Notes under the pieces: generated by a model
Database searches by the model: none
What the model was told of the DNA's origin: nothing
What the model saw: only the letters and a program-made list of their open reading frames with translations
Part shown: positions 23,051 to 35,925 of the stretch, piece after piece
Position numbering within the stretch: the first letter of the stretch is position 1
Layout of the letters: each line of letters opens with the position of its first letter
Translations under genes and position numbers: made by a program
Source: Lama glama
Taxonomy: Eukaryota
Assembly (NCBI GenBank): GCA_028534125.1
Contig: CM052817.1
Coordinates: forward strand, 95,730,001-95,794,000
Length of the DNA stretch: 64,000 nucleotides
Direction: 5' to 3'

Positions 23051-25359
23051 TGTTATTTCTTATCGTTGCTTGTGGTACATACTGTGAACAGTTAGAGGGA
23101 AAGGTGCTGATTGCCAGGACAGAGCCACAGAGGAGCTCTTCAGGACAAAAGAGGACAGGTGAGGCTGCAACATGGTGAGGAGTACCATCTTTCCTGAGCT
23201 AGGAGGGAAGGAAAAAGAGGCGAAAACATACTGGGTTGGGGAGGGTGAATTGGAGCCCCTTTAAATCTAACTACTTTGAACTTCACAGGAAAGTTAAAAA
23301 TAGTGTTGCTTGCTGAAACTTCGGTGACACTGAGAGCTGAGGGCCCCCGAAAATGGTTTGGAATGGCTTTGTTTTATGAACAGCACAAGTAGGGTGGTGG
23401 GTGGCCAGGGAAGGGACTGGGGCTGTTTGTGGATAAACAGAGAAGGGAGAACTCCCAGGTATTCACATGGGGCAGGGCAGGGGAGCAGAGCCTGGGAGGA
23501 AAAGCCATGACTGGATATAACCAAATTAGTTTTTCTATTTTTTTTTCACTTCTTCATCTTTCTTGTGTCCCCACCTTTTTTTTCCCCTTCCACTGACCAT
23601 AATAGAGGCAATTTTAAAGGCATTAGTCTTATTACTTGTATTTATTGAATTCAGTATTACTTTAAAAGCTTGGAAATTGAATGCTTTCTCTTCCCTTCTC
23701 TCTCAAAAGAAAAAAAAAAGAAAGAAAGAAAGAAAGAAATTAATAGTGAGAGTGTTTTCATTGCCATGCAGCCAGTAATGATTTTTTTAGTGGATCCTTT
23801 ATTACCCTTACAGGGAAAAAAAACTTCCCTACCCTAAGACTATTCCTATAATGGTTAAAATATGTGGCACTAATGGTTCTTCTTTAATATTCATTTACCA
23901 CATAGTGTGTCATTTTCAACTTTTATTTCTTGTGCAGCGTTCTTCCTGGAGAGGCAAAAATCTCTCTTTGGACCATCTTTCCCTTGATGCGAAGGGCATA
24001 CAATGGTTAGATTCTTCCAAAGGTCATCTGCCTTGGAGTCTGTCCCACTGCCAGTACTGTCCCAGAAAGAGGAGGGTTTAGGGTCAACAGCTATTAAGCC
24101 CCACTGCTTCAGCTCTTAGTATTTTTTGAGTGGTTGTGATTATTCTCTTAAATGATAGATTTTCTAAAACTATTGCTTTGGTTATCATGCTGTAATTTAA
24201 CTTGTCTCTACTCTCATGACTGTGCCCTCACAATTTATTACGAATACCTTCACACAAGCACACTTTCTTGTATGCTTTCTGGAGCAATCAAGACCACATC
24301 TCTACCTCTGGCTTACCACGAGCGAAGGAGTAACCCTCTACCATCTCTCAGCTTATTGAATTCAGAGCCAAGAGATCATTTCTGAAGTTAGGTTGATTTA
24401 ATTGGCTTTGCTGCTTGAAGTTACTTTATGACATGCCCAACTAGCTCGTTACCTCCTTACCAGCCCCCAATGGTTTAGTTTTGCAAGGTGGCAAGGGAAT
24501 AGTAGGTAAGCATAGAATGGCCTTAGGCTCTCAAATGCTATATTTATCTTTTTTCCTATGGCTCTAAATATCAACCATCAAGTCAGGAAGCCAGTATTTG
24601 GCATTATTGTTCAATATGCAAATATGTCTTCTTCCAACCTGGCATTTCTAATGGCCATAGATTACATTCAGGTATTGGGCTATTTGTTGAATTCTACACT
24701 TAGAAATTTTTGTGTAAATTCAGTTCAAGACATGAATTATACTGAATTCTGAAATATCCAAACTCAGATATTTGGATAAGTCTATTCAGTTTAACCCACG
24801 ATCCCCTGTCGAAAGTGTATCCTATAGAAATCTCATTTGGTATCAAAATGAATGACTGTCAGAAAGCTAGACTAAGTTTTTCTCATTGCATGCACTTAGT
24901 CTATCATAACACCGACAGTTTTAAAACTTTCTCTTAAGAAGGTGAAGATGCATAAATAAATTTTCAACAACTTTGCCTCTTCTTCCCATCATTGCTTGCT
25001 GCAATCTTTCAACCTCCAGGTGATTCTCCTGCATTTGTGGAGCAATTGGAATTGCTATGTGCTATTTTGCTCTCCATCCCAATTCCTGCCCTCAGCCTGG
25101 GTTACATCAGTGTCTAGTGAGGCTCCATTAAACACACTACCCTAGCTGCTTAATCTTTTGTAGGCCTGTGACCTTGGTCTCTAGCCCCCTAAACCTTTAC
25201 CAAGGCTAAACCCTTGACTTTTTTCTAGTCAAGAATCACCCCAGCTATGAAATGCCACTGCTCTATTCTCCGGCTCTAGTCATCATTCTATTCCTTGCAA
25301 GGCTCTTTTCTCAGTCTTCTTACTAATGCCACTTTCTCTATTTCTTACTACGCTACTGA

Positions 25360-26520
25360 AAAAAGAGATTATTCATTGTAAAATACATCATTATCATATG
25401 TACTACTAGGGAAGGTAACAATGCAATTAAACAACAGCAAAGCTTGTGGGGGGTATGTCTCAGTGGTAGGAGTGCGTAACTAACAAGCATAAGTCCTGGG
25501 TTCAAGCCCCTGGACTTCTGTTAAAATAAATAAATAAAATTTAAAAATTAACCCCCCTAATTAACCCCCTTTATCCCCAAAACAAACACAAAATGTATAG
25601 AATGATGCATGTTGATTATATCTCAATGAAACTGGAAGGAAAAAAATTAAACAATAGAACAGTGATTTCTTATCACTTAGAATTTTTACTTTATATTTAT
25701 TGAAAGAGACCTTTTAGACTTAGGCATAATTTTTATTACATATTACTCTTGTGCATATGTAAATAAAAGAACTTACCACAAGAAGTATCTCAGTTTTCTG
25801 AATCACTTTTCAAAGCAGAGTCTTTGACACCTATGGTTTTCCACACAAAGTTGTCCTCTCTATTACCCACAGCATCAGTGATACAGCAGTTTTTAAGACA
25901 GCGTGCCACTATTGTCTCTGTATTTTTTTCCAAGACAGTGACAACCAAGTTTTGATGCTGACATTTTATTGATCTTACCAGAAAGTATCAATGGAAGGTT
26001 TTTGACAACTCTAAGGGCTCATATTTCTTCCTCAAATGGTCTTTAAATGAATTGTTGCCTGAAATGTCAAGGAGATGTCATTGTCCAGTCATGACACCAG
26101 AAATAGCAATCATATTACCATACTTTCTAGCAAGCTTATCTTTAACTGTTAGTATACAAGTCTATGAAATGCATCAAATTCTAATTATTGAATGGATTAT
26201 GTGAATTTCATGGGGGGCTATTCAATAAGACATTTAGTAATTTCTACTTCTTTCTTTCCCTCTGCTCTGGGGGAATCTCTTTTGGCCCAGGAGAAATCCT
26301 CTTCCCTTCAACTTTGAGAGGGAAATTCTGTGAATTCCTTTCCCCTTTAGACTAAGCTTGTGCTCAGACCAAGATATCCCACTCAATTAAAATGATGCAG
26401 TATAAAGAACTGTGATCACATGTGCACATACGGAGAGTGAAACAACTATGCTGTGACTGCATCCTGACTAATAACATCAGAAAGACAGCCCCCGACTTTA
26501 GAGCGGTTAACGTGTATATC
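25360..26520 (-). mobile_element. TcMar-Tc2 (Kanga-like) DNA transposon fossil
   Basis: Minus strand ~26110-26020 encodes a degenerate pogo/Tc2 DDE motif (I.G.MTGQ...LDIS.N..FKDHLRKKYE). The flanks resemble Kanga termini. Confidence 0.75.
25448..25593 (+). mobile_element. Diverged Vic-1 SINE nested in the Kanga element
   Basis: GGGGGTATGTCTCAGTGGTAG..GTCCTGGGTTCAAGCCCC head, A-rich linker, CCTAATTAACCCCC motif. Confidence 0.8.
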
Positions 26521-26529
26521 CTAAGCCCC

Positions 26530-29500
26530 CTGCTTCTAGGAACACGGAGTAGACCAGAGGCAATTTTGCCCTATTCCTTCTGCTAAATAGAGCTACAAAT
26601 CCTAAACACTATAAAAAAACACACAGCCTACCTACCCTAAAAGAATGGCAATGGGGAATTTCTATAAGCAGAAAGGCAACACTAACAGAAGGAAACTTGA
26701 AACAACAGTAGGTAACAAAGAGCATCATAAGCAAAAAGATGGATAAATATAAGAGGCTTTCTTTCTCTTCTTGAATTTCTAAATTATGTTTGATGGTCGA
26801 AGCAAGGATTATAACACTTTCTGATGTGATTCTAAATGCATGTAAAGGAAATGTTAAGACAATTATTTTATAAACAGGGGAGGTGAATAGGATCTAAAGG
26901 GAGTTGAGGTTTTTATACTTCACTAAAACTGGTAAAATGAAGACATCAATATACTGCGGTAAGTTTTGTATATATAGTGTAGCATTTTGTGCAATCACTA
27001 AAAGGCTATACAAAGAGGTATGTATACCTTAAACACTTTGATAAATCAAAGTGGAATTCTAAAAATGTGTTTAAGTAATTCACAGGAAGGCACAAAAGAC
27101 AAAAGAGAAGTAAAAAACAGAGAAAACAAACAGAAAATGAAAAATAAAATGGCAGACTTAAGCCCTAACATATCAATAGCCATATTAATGCACATGGTCT
27201 AAATATATCAATTAAAAAATAGCAGATGACAGAGTGGATTAAAAACATGACCCAACTATATGCTGTCTGCAAGAGGCTTACTTCAAATATAATGACATAG
27301 GTAGGTTGCAAGTAAAAGGATATAAGAAATATGTGTGTGTGTGTGTGTGTATAAATATATTAATTAAATGTTAATCAAAGGAAACCATGCGTGGCTATAT
27401 TTATATTAGATAAAGTAGACTTTAACACAAAGAAAACTTCCAAAGACAGAGGGGGACACTATATAATGATAAAAGGATCAATCCACTACAAAGACATAGC
27501 AATCGTAATTGCATATGCACCAAACAACAGAGTTGCAAAATATGTGAAGCAAAACAGATAGAATTGAAAGGAAAAACAGACAAACCCTCAATTGTAATTG
27601 AAGACCTTGACACCTCTCTCTCAAACAATCGGTAGAACAACTAGACAGAAAATCTGCAAGGATTTAGAAGAACTCAGTAACATTATCAACATTAGACTAT
27701 AATGAAAATTTATAGAACAATCCATCCAACAACAGTAGAATACACATTCTTTTCACGTGCCCATGGTATATAAGAATTGTATACCACAACCAAGCATGGT
27801 TTATTATTTGAAAATCAGTCGGTGTAATCCACCATATTAAAAGACTAAAGAAGAACAATTAGATGATCATATCAATTGCAGGAAAAGTATTTGACAAAAT
27901 TCAATGTTTGCTCATGATAAAAACTCTGAAACAAATAGAACAGAGGGAAACGTCCTCATCTTGATAAAAAGCATCTACAGAATAAACCACCTATAGCTAA
28001 CATATTTAATAGTGAAAACTGAACGCTTTCCTTCTAATTTGGAAATAAGCCAAGGAGATCTCTTTTCACCACTCTTACTCAGCACAGTGCTCGAATTTCT
28101 AGCCAGTGCAATAAGGTAAGAAAAGGAAATAAAAGGTATAGGGATCAGAAAGGAAGAAATAAAATGATCCCTGTCTGAAGATGACATGATTGTCTACATA
28201 AAAATCTCCAGATTATACAAAGGAAAAAAAAATTCCTAGAATAAGTGAATTTAGATACAATATACAGTGAATGATATGTGACATAAGATACAAGATAGAC
28301 ATACAAAAGTCAATTATATTTCTATACAGTGGCAAAGAATACTACTGAAATTAAAATACAATACCATGCAAAATTGTTTAAGAAAAAGACTTAGACATAA
28401 ATCTAACAAACACTAATTGTACTTATATGATGAGTGACACCCAGTGCTGATGAAAAGGAGAAAAATCCTAAATAAACACTGTCTTTATGTATTGGAAGGC
28501 TTGTTCATAGTAAAGATGTAAATTTTTCCCAAACTGATATATAAATCAGCAAGATTTTCTGTAGGTACAGGTGAGATTAATTTTTAAATGATATGGAAAA
28601 ACAAAGGAAGCAGAATTGCTAAAGTAATTTAAAAAAGAGAAGAATAAAGTAGGATGAATCAGTCTACCCAACTTCAAAAATTTCTGCAGAGCTACAATAA
28701 TAAAGACTGCTGTATTGATGGAGAGATAGGCACACAGGTGAAAGGAACAGAACAGAGATCCCAGAAGTAGATCCACAAAAATATGCTCACCTGATTTTTG
28801 ACAAAAGAGTCAAAGCAATTCAATGCAGCAATAAAGGTCTTTCAACAAATGGTGCAACTGGGCATCCAAGGCAAAAAACTGAATCTCCGCTCAGCTCACA
28901 CTTTATGTGAAAATTAACTCAAAATAGATTACAGACTCAAATGTAAAATGTAAAACTATGAAAGTTTTAGAAAGAAACATAAGATAAAAGCTTCAGGATT
29001 TAGGGCTAGGCAGAGTTTTAATTTTTAAAATTTTTTTAAAAATTGAGGGGGGTGTTAATTAGGATTAATTAATTAATTAATTAATTAATTACTAAGTGGA
29101 GGCACTGAGGATTGAACCTGGGACCTTGTGCATGCTAAACACACACTCTGCCATTAAGCTATACTCTCCCCCCAGGCAGAGTTTTAGATGTGACACCAAA
29201 AATATGATCCACAGATGTAAAAAACCGATAAGTTGAACTTTCCTCCAAATGAAAACTTTTGTGGTACAAAAAACTCTGTTAAAAGGATGAAAGATAAGCT
29301 AGAGTGGGAGAAAATATTTGCAAACCATATATCCAACCAAAGATTAGCACCTAGAATATACAAAGAGCTCTAAAACTCAATAGTAAAACTCAAACGGTCC
29401 AATTGAACCTGGGCAAAAGATATAAAGAGTTATTTCACTGAAGAAGATATACAGATGACCAGTAAGTACATGAAAAGATATTCAACATCATTAGCCATTA

Positions 29501-31180
29501 GGGTAAGGGAAATTTTAATCACATTGCAATATCACTACGAACCTATCAGAATGGCTAATATAAAAATATAAGGACAGCATCAGATGCTACTGAGAATGCA
29601 GAGAAACCGAATCACATGTATTGCTAGAGAATTTGCAATGGTACACAGTATGGAAAACCATTTAGCAGTTTCTTAAAACACAAAACATGTGCTTCGATGT
29701 GAGTATTTGTAGTCCTGGGCATTAATCCCAAAGAAATGAACACTTATCTTCAGACAAAACCTTGTACATGAATGTTTATAGCAGCCTTAATTGTAATAGA
29801 CCCAAACTGGAACCAACACAGATGTCCTTCAATGGGTGAATGGTTAAACAAACAATGGTGCATCAATACCATGGAATTTATTCTGTTCCATGGAATAAAA
29901 AAGAACAAAATATTGATGCACAGAATACCCTAGATAAATCTAATTGAACTAGGGTGACTGAAAAAGACCAGTCCCAAAGTTACATACTGTACGATTCCAT
30001 TTTTATAACATTGGATTGGAATTGGCAGTATCAGTATGTACCAATAAATGTAGGTAGATTTTAAAAAAGTAAAGATACAAAGGTATGTGAAAATCTACAC
30101 ACGCCTGTATGTGTATATGGATGTAGATGCCCAAATATATTCCCCAGCTCTATACAGTGAGAGGACTGGGAACACTTCAATAATATGAGCACATCTAGCT
30201 CCCAGAATGTAGCTTCTAAATACTATTCTCCACTAAAAGAAACCAAGGATCCTTAGAGAAATGACTGATTCAGGGCTGGTAGGGAAAACACAAGAGGAGT
30301 CTGGAATATCTTATTTATGCCAGAAAGCAAGGAAGTGTTTCAAGAATGATAGATCTGTGTCAAAAAGACACAGAAACTAGCCTGAAGGGACTCCCGCTGA
30401 CCAAATCTGGGACCATTTAAGCACATCCATAAATAATGATAATAATGGATTATAACTAACTGAATAAAGAAATCACAAATCCATTCTGATATGAATGAAT
30501 GCACGACATAGCAAATGTACTTATTCATTACATGAGGAAAAGAGTAACTATAAAGTAAAGAAAACTGGCAGATATCATTTTAATCAAGCGATCAAAGCAA
30601 ACATCATCAGTAATGGGATAAACTGAAATCATGTACCGCCCGATAAAATGCAATGAGGAGAAGGTAGCATCGCTCATTGATTTTCCTGGCAAAGATGCAT
30701 AACCTGAATCTGATCATGAGGAAACAGACAAACTCAAATTGTGGGACATATAACAAAATAACTAACTTGTAATCTTTAAAAGAGTCAAGGACAGGAAAGG
30801 CCAGGAAAGAATGAAACACTGTTCCAGACTGAAGGAGGCTGACAACCCAACATAGCCCAAGATTCTGGACAGGATCCTTTTGCTAAAAAAGATTGGTGGG
30901 ACATTTGGCAATCCTTGACTGAGTGTGGAGGATTAAATGCTAGTAATGTTGCAAGTTAATTTCCTAACTTTGTTGCTATCTTCTGTTTATGTGGGAGAAT
31001 GTCCGTTTGTAGGAAATACGTACTAAAGAATTATGTATTCTTTACATAAAGAGATGGGGCATCAGGTCAGCAACTTACTTAAATATAGTAGAATAAAAGG
31101 GGTAAAAAGGCTCCCCCATCTCTGTACTGTACTTACAGCTTTTCTGACTGTTTGGGATGTTTCAATGTTTTTAAATAAAA
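26530..31180 (+). mobile_element. Internally deleted old LINE-1 (L1MC/L1MD-type)
   Basis: ORF2 endonuclease remnants at ~27150-27770, a jump to the RT region, the ORF2 C-terminus at ~29450-29900 and a long L1MC/MD-type 3' UTR ending AATAAAA at ~31180. Many stops and frameshifts. Confidence 0.9.
29021..29173 (-). mobile_element. Vic-1 SINE nested in L1
   Basis: Reverse-oriented tRNA-Ala head. Perfect 13-bp TSD AGGCAGAGTTTTA at 29008-29020 and 29174-29186. The linker has expanded into (TAAT)n. Confidence 0.92.
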
Positions 31181-31199
31181 GGGGGAAAGGAAAAAATAT

Positions 31200-31815
31200 A
31201 TTGCCACCTGCTTCAAATCCAGGTATTTAAAATTTAGTATGTCTCAAATAAAAATGATCACTCTTCGAACTTGCTCCTTTGCGGCTTCTCAACATTGATT
31301 ACTGGTATTTTTACCTAAGCACTTACTAAAGCTGGAAACCTGGGGATCATTCCCAATGTCTCCTTCTCTCTCACTCCCACATCTAAGCTTTTTCTAGTCT
31401 GCCTCAGAAATATCCCTTGGTTGGAACCCATCTTCTCCACCCCCATCGCCACTGCCTTGACCTCGTTCTTCATCCTCGATGTCACCAAACCATCCTCCTG
31501 TCTCCAGCCTCTCTCCTCTACAGCCCTGCTACCAATTCTCTTACTAAAAGGGACTCTTTTCATGTCATCACCCTGCTTAGAGACATCGTCTGCCTCCCCA
31601 GGGCTTCCAGGATAAAACCCAGCATAAATAGAGTAGTTTTCCAAGCCTTCCTCGATCCTCACCGACCACAGTCACCTTGTCTCCTGTCCCTCCTGAAGCA
31701 CCCAACCAGCTACCCACACCTCTGCACCTTCCTCGAACATGCCTGCCCTTCATTGATTTTGTTTTTATATGGCTGTTGTCCCCACTCCCTAGAATGCCTC
31801 CAGTGCCACCTTTAA
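31200..31815 (+). mobile_element. L2 remnant
   Basis: GAAACCTGGGGATCATTCCC..CTCTCACTCCCACATCTAA..TCCTCCTGTCTCC..CATGTCATCACCCTGCTTA, typical L2 ORF2 end/3' UTR. Confidence 0.75.
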
Positions 31816-34654
31816 AGTAGGGGACATAAATGGGAAGACCCACAAACTGAAGCTGGCCTCCAGGATATTTTGTGCAGCCGATGCAGAGGTTTCTAAAAGG
31901 GGGAACGTGCCTCCTTTAGGTGGGGGCTTCTCTCTGCAGCTCATCATGAAGGCATCCATGTGGACGTCCTACATCTTTTTAAGGTGAGTCTTTCAATCTT
32001 CATCTCTCCTGAAGCTCTTCCTGACTTCTCCCTGGTCAAGCCTCCATTCATAACCCTGAAATATCACTTCCTACATCATCCTGAGGTCTCTACTGCATAT
32101 TGCTCAGCTCTGTGAGCATCTCAGCAAGAACTGTGGCATCCACCGAAATTCCGCAGAGGAAAGTCTAGGCAGACATTGGGCAGCACTAGCTGGGGGTTTG
32201 GAAGTGATTTGTTCCTCAGTGGGAACATTACTGAGCTCCAAAGATATCATCTGAATCACTCATTTTCCTGTGATCCCAGATCATACATCTTTTAGAGGAA
32301 AGTTCCAGGGGGAAGAGTACTTCGAAAGTTCCTTTCATCTTCTTTAAGAAAGCAGTGCTCCTATGTGTTTAGCCTTGACTGCGTATTATGTCTGATGATG
32401 CCTTTCGGTGAGTTGTGAAGTGGAATGTGAGCTTTTCCTTAACTTTGGTGCTGGCTGACTCCACTTCTGTTTCAGGTCCGCCGGTTTTGGACAGAGAGCA
32501 AGCAAAGAAGCGCCATCTCTACATATGATTATCCCCGTCCAGCAGGGCAGCAGACATATTTCTGTTACAATCATTAAAAGCCTTTTGGTTATGTGAGTAA
32601 ACATCAAACTCAGGCTCATGCGGAAAAGAGCAAAGGGATTTGCATGATTCCACCAATACTGTATAAATGTTTATTTTTCACTCATTTTGTTTTGACTTTT
32701 AATTATGTTCTCTCCCTACACATTTTTAGACAGTTTGAGAAATTAAGAAGCACAACAAGCAGACGAACAGAAAGGCAGAAATCACAAAAAGTCCTCACCA
32801 GGTGGAGTCCCTGGATACATTCATAGTTCTGTTTGCTCCCGTCAGAAATTAGAACTCATAAAAGCCAGTCACCACAGGGATGGCAAACATATCAGACCCA
32901 TGTGGTTCCCCTTAAGAATGGTCTTCCGTGGGGTGTTCTCCGTGCTTCTGACAGTCCGCTCTGTGTCCAATTCCTGGATCCCTTAGACTAAAGCAGGCTC
33001 TTTGACTCCTTCCTGCAGTGGGAGAGAGGGAGGTGGGCTGGATGAGGAAGGGGACGTGAGCAGCTGTGGCTTTTGTATTAATCAGGGAGTGGCACTCAGT
33101 TCCTAAATCAGACCCTTGTCTCTCTATGGAGAAAGCCACAAGTTTCTAAGCCAAATTCCTATGATGGTCAAATTTAGCAAATCTTCATTTTACAGTTTTT
33201 TTTTTTATTGGCTAGAGTTGGTAGAAAGTTAAAATTTCTCAAAATCTAGAAAAAGGGTTTTAGACAATTTATTGTCTAATTAAGGACGGGATGGCGGTGG
33301 TAACACCTAACTATGTTAACTATGTTTAAGATGGGACAAACTATGTAGACTTTTTGGTGACAAGTGGGCTTTTTGGTTTTAAAATGTTGTTTTATATAAA
33401 TTCCACAAACTCTAGATGTCTCTGCCTAGATGCATGTTTTGGGACCCTTTAACTTGGGAATATGTGGGTTAATAGTATGCGGTAGAACCAGTTAGCCCAG
33501 TTGTCTTCACTGATGTTCTGTAGCCTCCAGTTCTGAGACGCCATCACATGCAAGGGACACCATCAGTCTAATACCTTGTCAAGAGAAAACAAGCCCATTA
33601 GGTTTAATACGCATTTGATTTTATGATAAATTCCTATTTTAGGAATTTTGCAAAGTGGCAAGGAGAAGGAGGGAGAAATGCATCTTAAAATGGGGCTAGA
33701 AAAATGAATAATTGGAGTTTGTTCTTATCAAATTGGTTCAACTACAAAATGGCATCTCTTTTAAGGACATAGAAAGAGCCCCGAGGACCTGGTGGCAGGA
33801 AGTACAGGAAGACTTCGCAAGAGCCAGGCAGTCACTGGGCAGCTGGACTCAAGCACTGGCATGGTCTTCTCTCTGCATGTCTCTCTGGTTCTTCTTTCTG
33901 CCAGTCTTCCTATTCACCACTCCTAACTTCTGCTCCCCCATTATTGCAGCTTTGACTTTTGATTTCTGCCACTTGGAAGCTTATTCTTAAAGTGTTCCAA
34001 AATTCAACAGGAGGAATCTGATTGGCTCAGCTTGGGTTAGGTATTCCTTCTTTGTCCAATCAGGTTTGGCTGTGGAGTCTGGATCACCTAATAAAAGCAG
34101 GGGCACTCACTTCATCAGGATATGAGTGGGGATAGGATCTCTGAAGATGGGAGGGGAGATAATGATTACCATTGCATGAAACTCATGGATGTGTAGGGAA
34201 ATTTTCAAATCAATAGATTTTTGGAGTTAAATGAAAGATGATCATAAGCACTTTGTCTTTTATGTGAAAATGGCCAAGACAGTTATGTTTACTGCTCACC
34301 TAACTAGTTCCGATTGTTTTAAGATGGGACGCTCCACCCTCTAGGCTATGAGCGGGATACTCTGCCATCTAAAAATGTCAGAGATTTAAAGCTATGGGAC
34401 AGTGGATTTATATAACATACATCTTATGTGCCACACTCTCCTAAGGTTTTAATTTTAATGCAAAACATAACGAAACAGGAATGTTCTTCCATTGCTTGTG
34501 AGAGTGCCAACTGTCAGAATCCTTCTAGAAAGCAATTTGGAAATGTGTATGTATCAAGAACAGTAATGGTCCATGACTTCATTTTGAATTTGATTTGAGG
34601 CTTCTTTAAGCTGGTTACATAGCTGGTGCTCAATGAAAGTGCATTGAGAAGTTA

Positions 34655-34941
34655 CAGTTGGCCCTCTGTATCCACGGATTCAACCAACCAGGAATTGAAA
34701 ATACTTGAAAAAAAGTTCTAGAATGTTCCAAAAAGCAAAACTTGAGTTTGCTGTGCAGGCAACTATTTACATTGTATTAGATATTATAAATAATTTGGAG
34801 ATGAATTAATGTATACAGGAGGATGTGTGTAGGTTATATGGAAATACGATCCCATTTTATATAGAAGAATTGAGCATCTGTGGATTTTGGTGTCCAAGGG
34901 GGTCCTGGAACCAATCCCCCATGGATACTGAGGGAGGACCG
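34655..34941 (-). mobile_element. Tigger-family MITE (MER2B-like)
   Basis: TA target duplication on both sides. TIRs CAGTTGGCCCTCTGTATCCACGG / CCATGGATACTGAGGGAGGACCG. Confidence 0.88.
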
Positions 34942-35534
34942 TAGCTTACATTTTATTTGCTTTTTATATCAGATCTTTTCCAGCTTTTCCGTTTAACCTG
35001 CCTTACTGTGTGTGGCATATCGAGGTTATATTTGAATGAATAGAACAACATAGGCCAGAGCAGGATAAATGTGTGCATTTATAAATGTGTAAAATTGACT
35101 CTAGATTGCATGAAAATGAAGCTTTGTGCTCAAGTTGGCCTGTGACGCAGGTGTCCAATGTGAGTTCTAGGATGTGATGATTGATGGCAAACTTGGGGAA
35201 AGGGTACTGATGAGAGGTTGAGGTTTTATTATGTCCACTCTTGAGTGACATTCCATCGTCCCAGAATTTTCTTGGTCTGGCTCAACTCAGTTTCATGGGC
35301 AGCCAGACCTCGTCAGCTTACCTAACGTACAAGAGGCCCGTCTCTTTCCTTCCACACTGGCCCTTTGCCAGTAGTTGGAGAGAAGGCTGGGGCCTGGGCT
35401 GTCTCTTTAATGCTGTAGGCTTAAGAACTCCCCTCCCTTCTCTACTCATGCTATGTACAAAGTCTTCCAAGAGTGAGATCACGTGTTGGTCCTTCTGGGG
35501 AAAATACGGTTGGAGAACTTCTTATTTTCCCTTC

Positions 35535-35925
35535 TAGTTTTATCAAGATATAATTGATATGTAACATTGAATTCATTTTAGGTGTATAACATGATGATTA
35601 TGTTATGATATATATATATATGATTACATAGATTATGTATATGATTATGTTATGATATGTATATACTGCAAAATGATCACCACAGTGAATTTAGTTACCA
35701 TCCATCACCACACGTGGTTACAAACTTTTTTCTTGTGATAAGAACTTCTGAGATTTACCCTCAGCAACTCTCAAATGTACAATAGAGTATTGTTAACGGT
35801 AGTCATCATGCTGTGCATCACATCCCAAGAACTTACTTAGCTTACAACTAGAAGTTTGTACCTTTTGACCGCCTCCACTTGTTCGGCCCACCCCCAACCT
35901 CCCACCTCTGGCCACCACCAATCTA
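35535..35925 (-). mobile_element. L1MA9-like 3' end
   Basis: AGATATAATTGA..GGTGTATAACATGATG..GTACAATAGAGTATTGTTAAC..AACTAGAAGTTTGTACCTTTTGACC..CCTCTGGCCACCACCAATCT. Contains a local AT-rich tandem duplication at ~35593-35665. Confidence 0.85.

Noticed and set aside
26530..31180. Functional LINE-1 ORF2
   Set aside because: Large deletions, a nested SINE and no ORF over ~80 aa.
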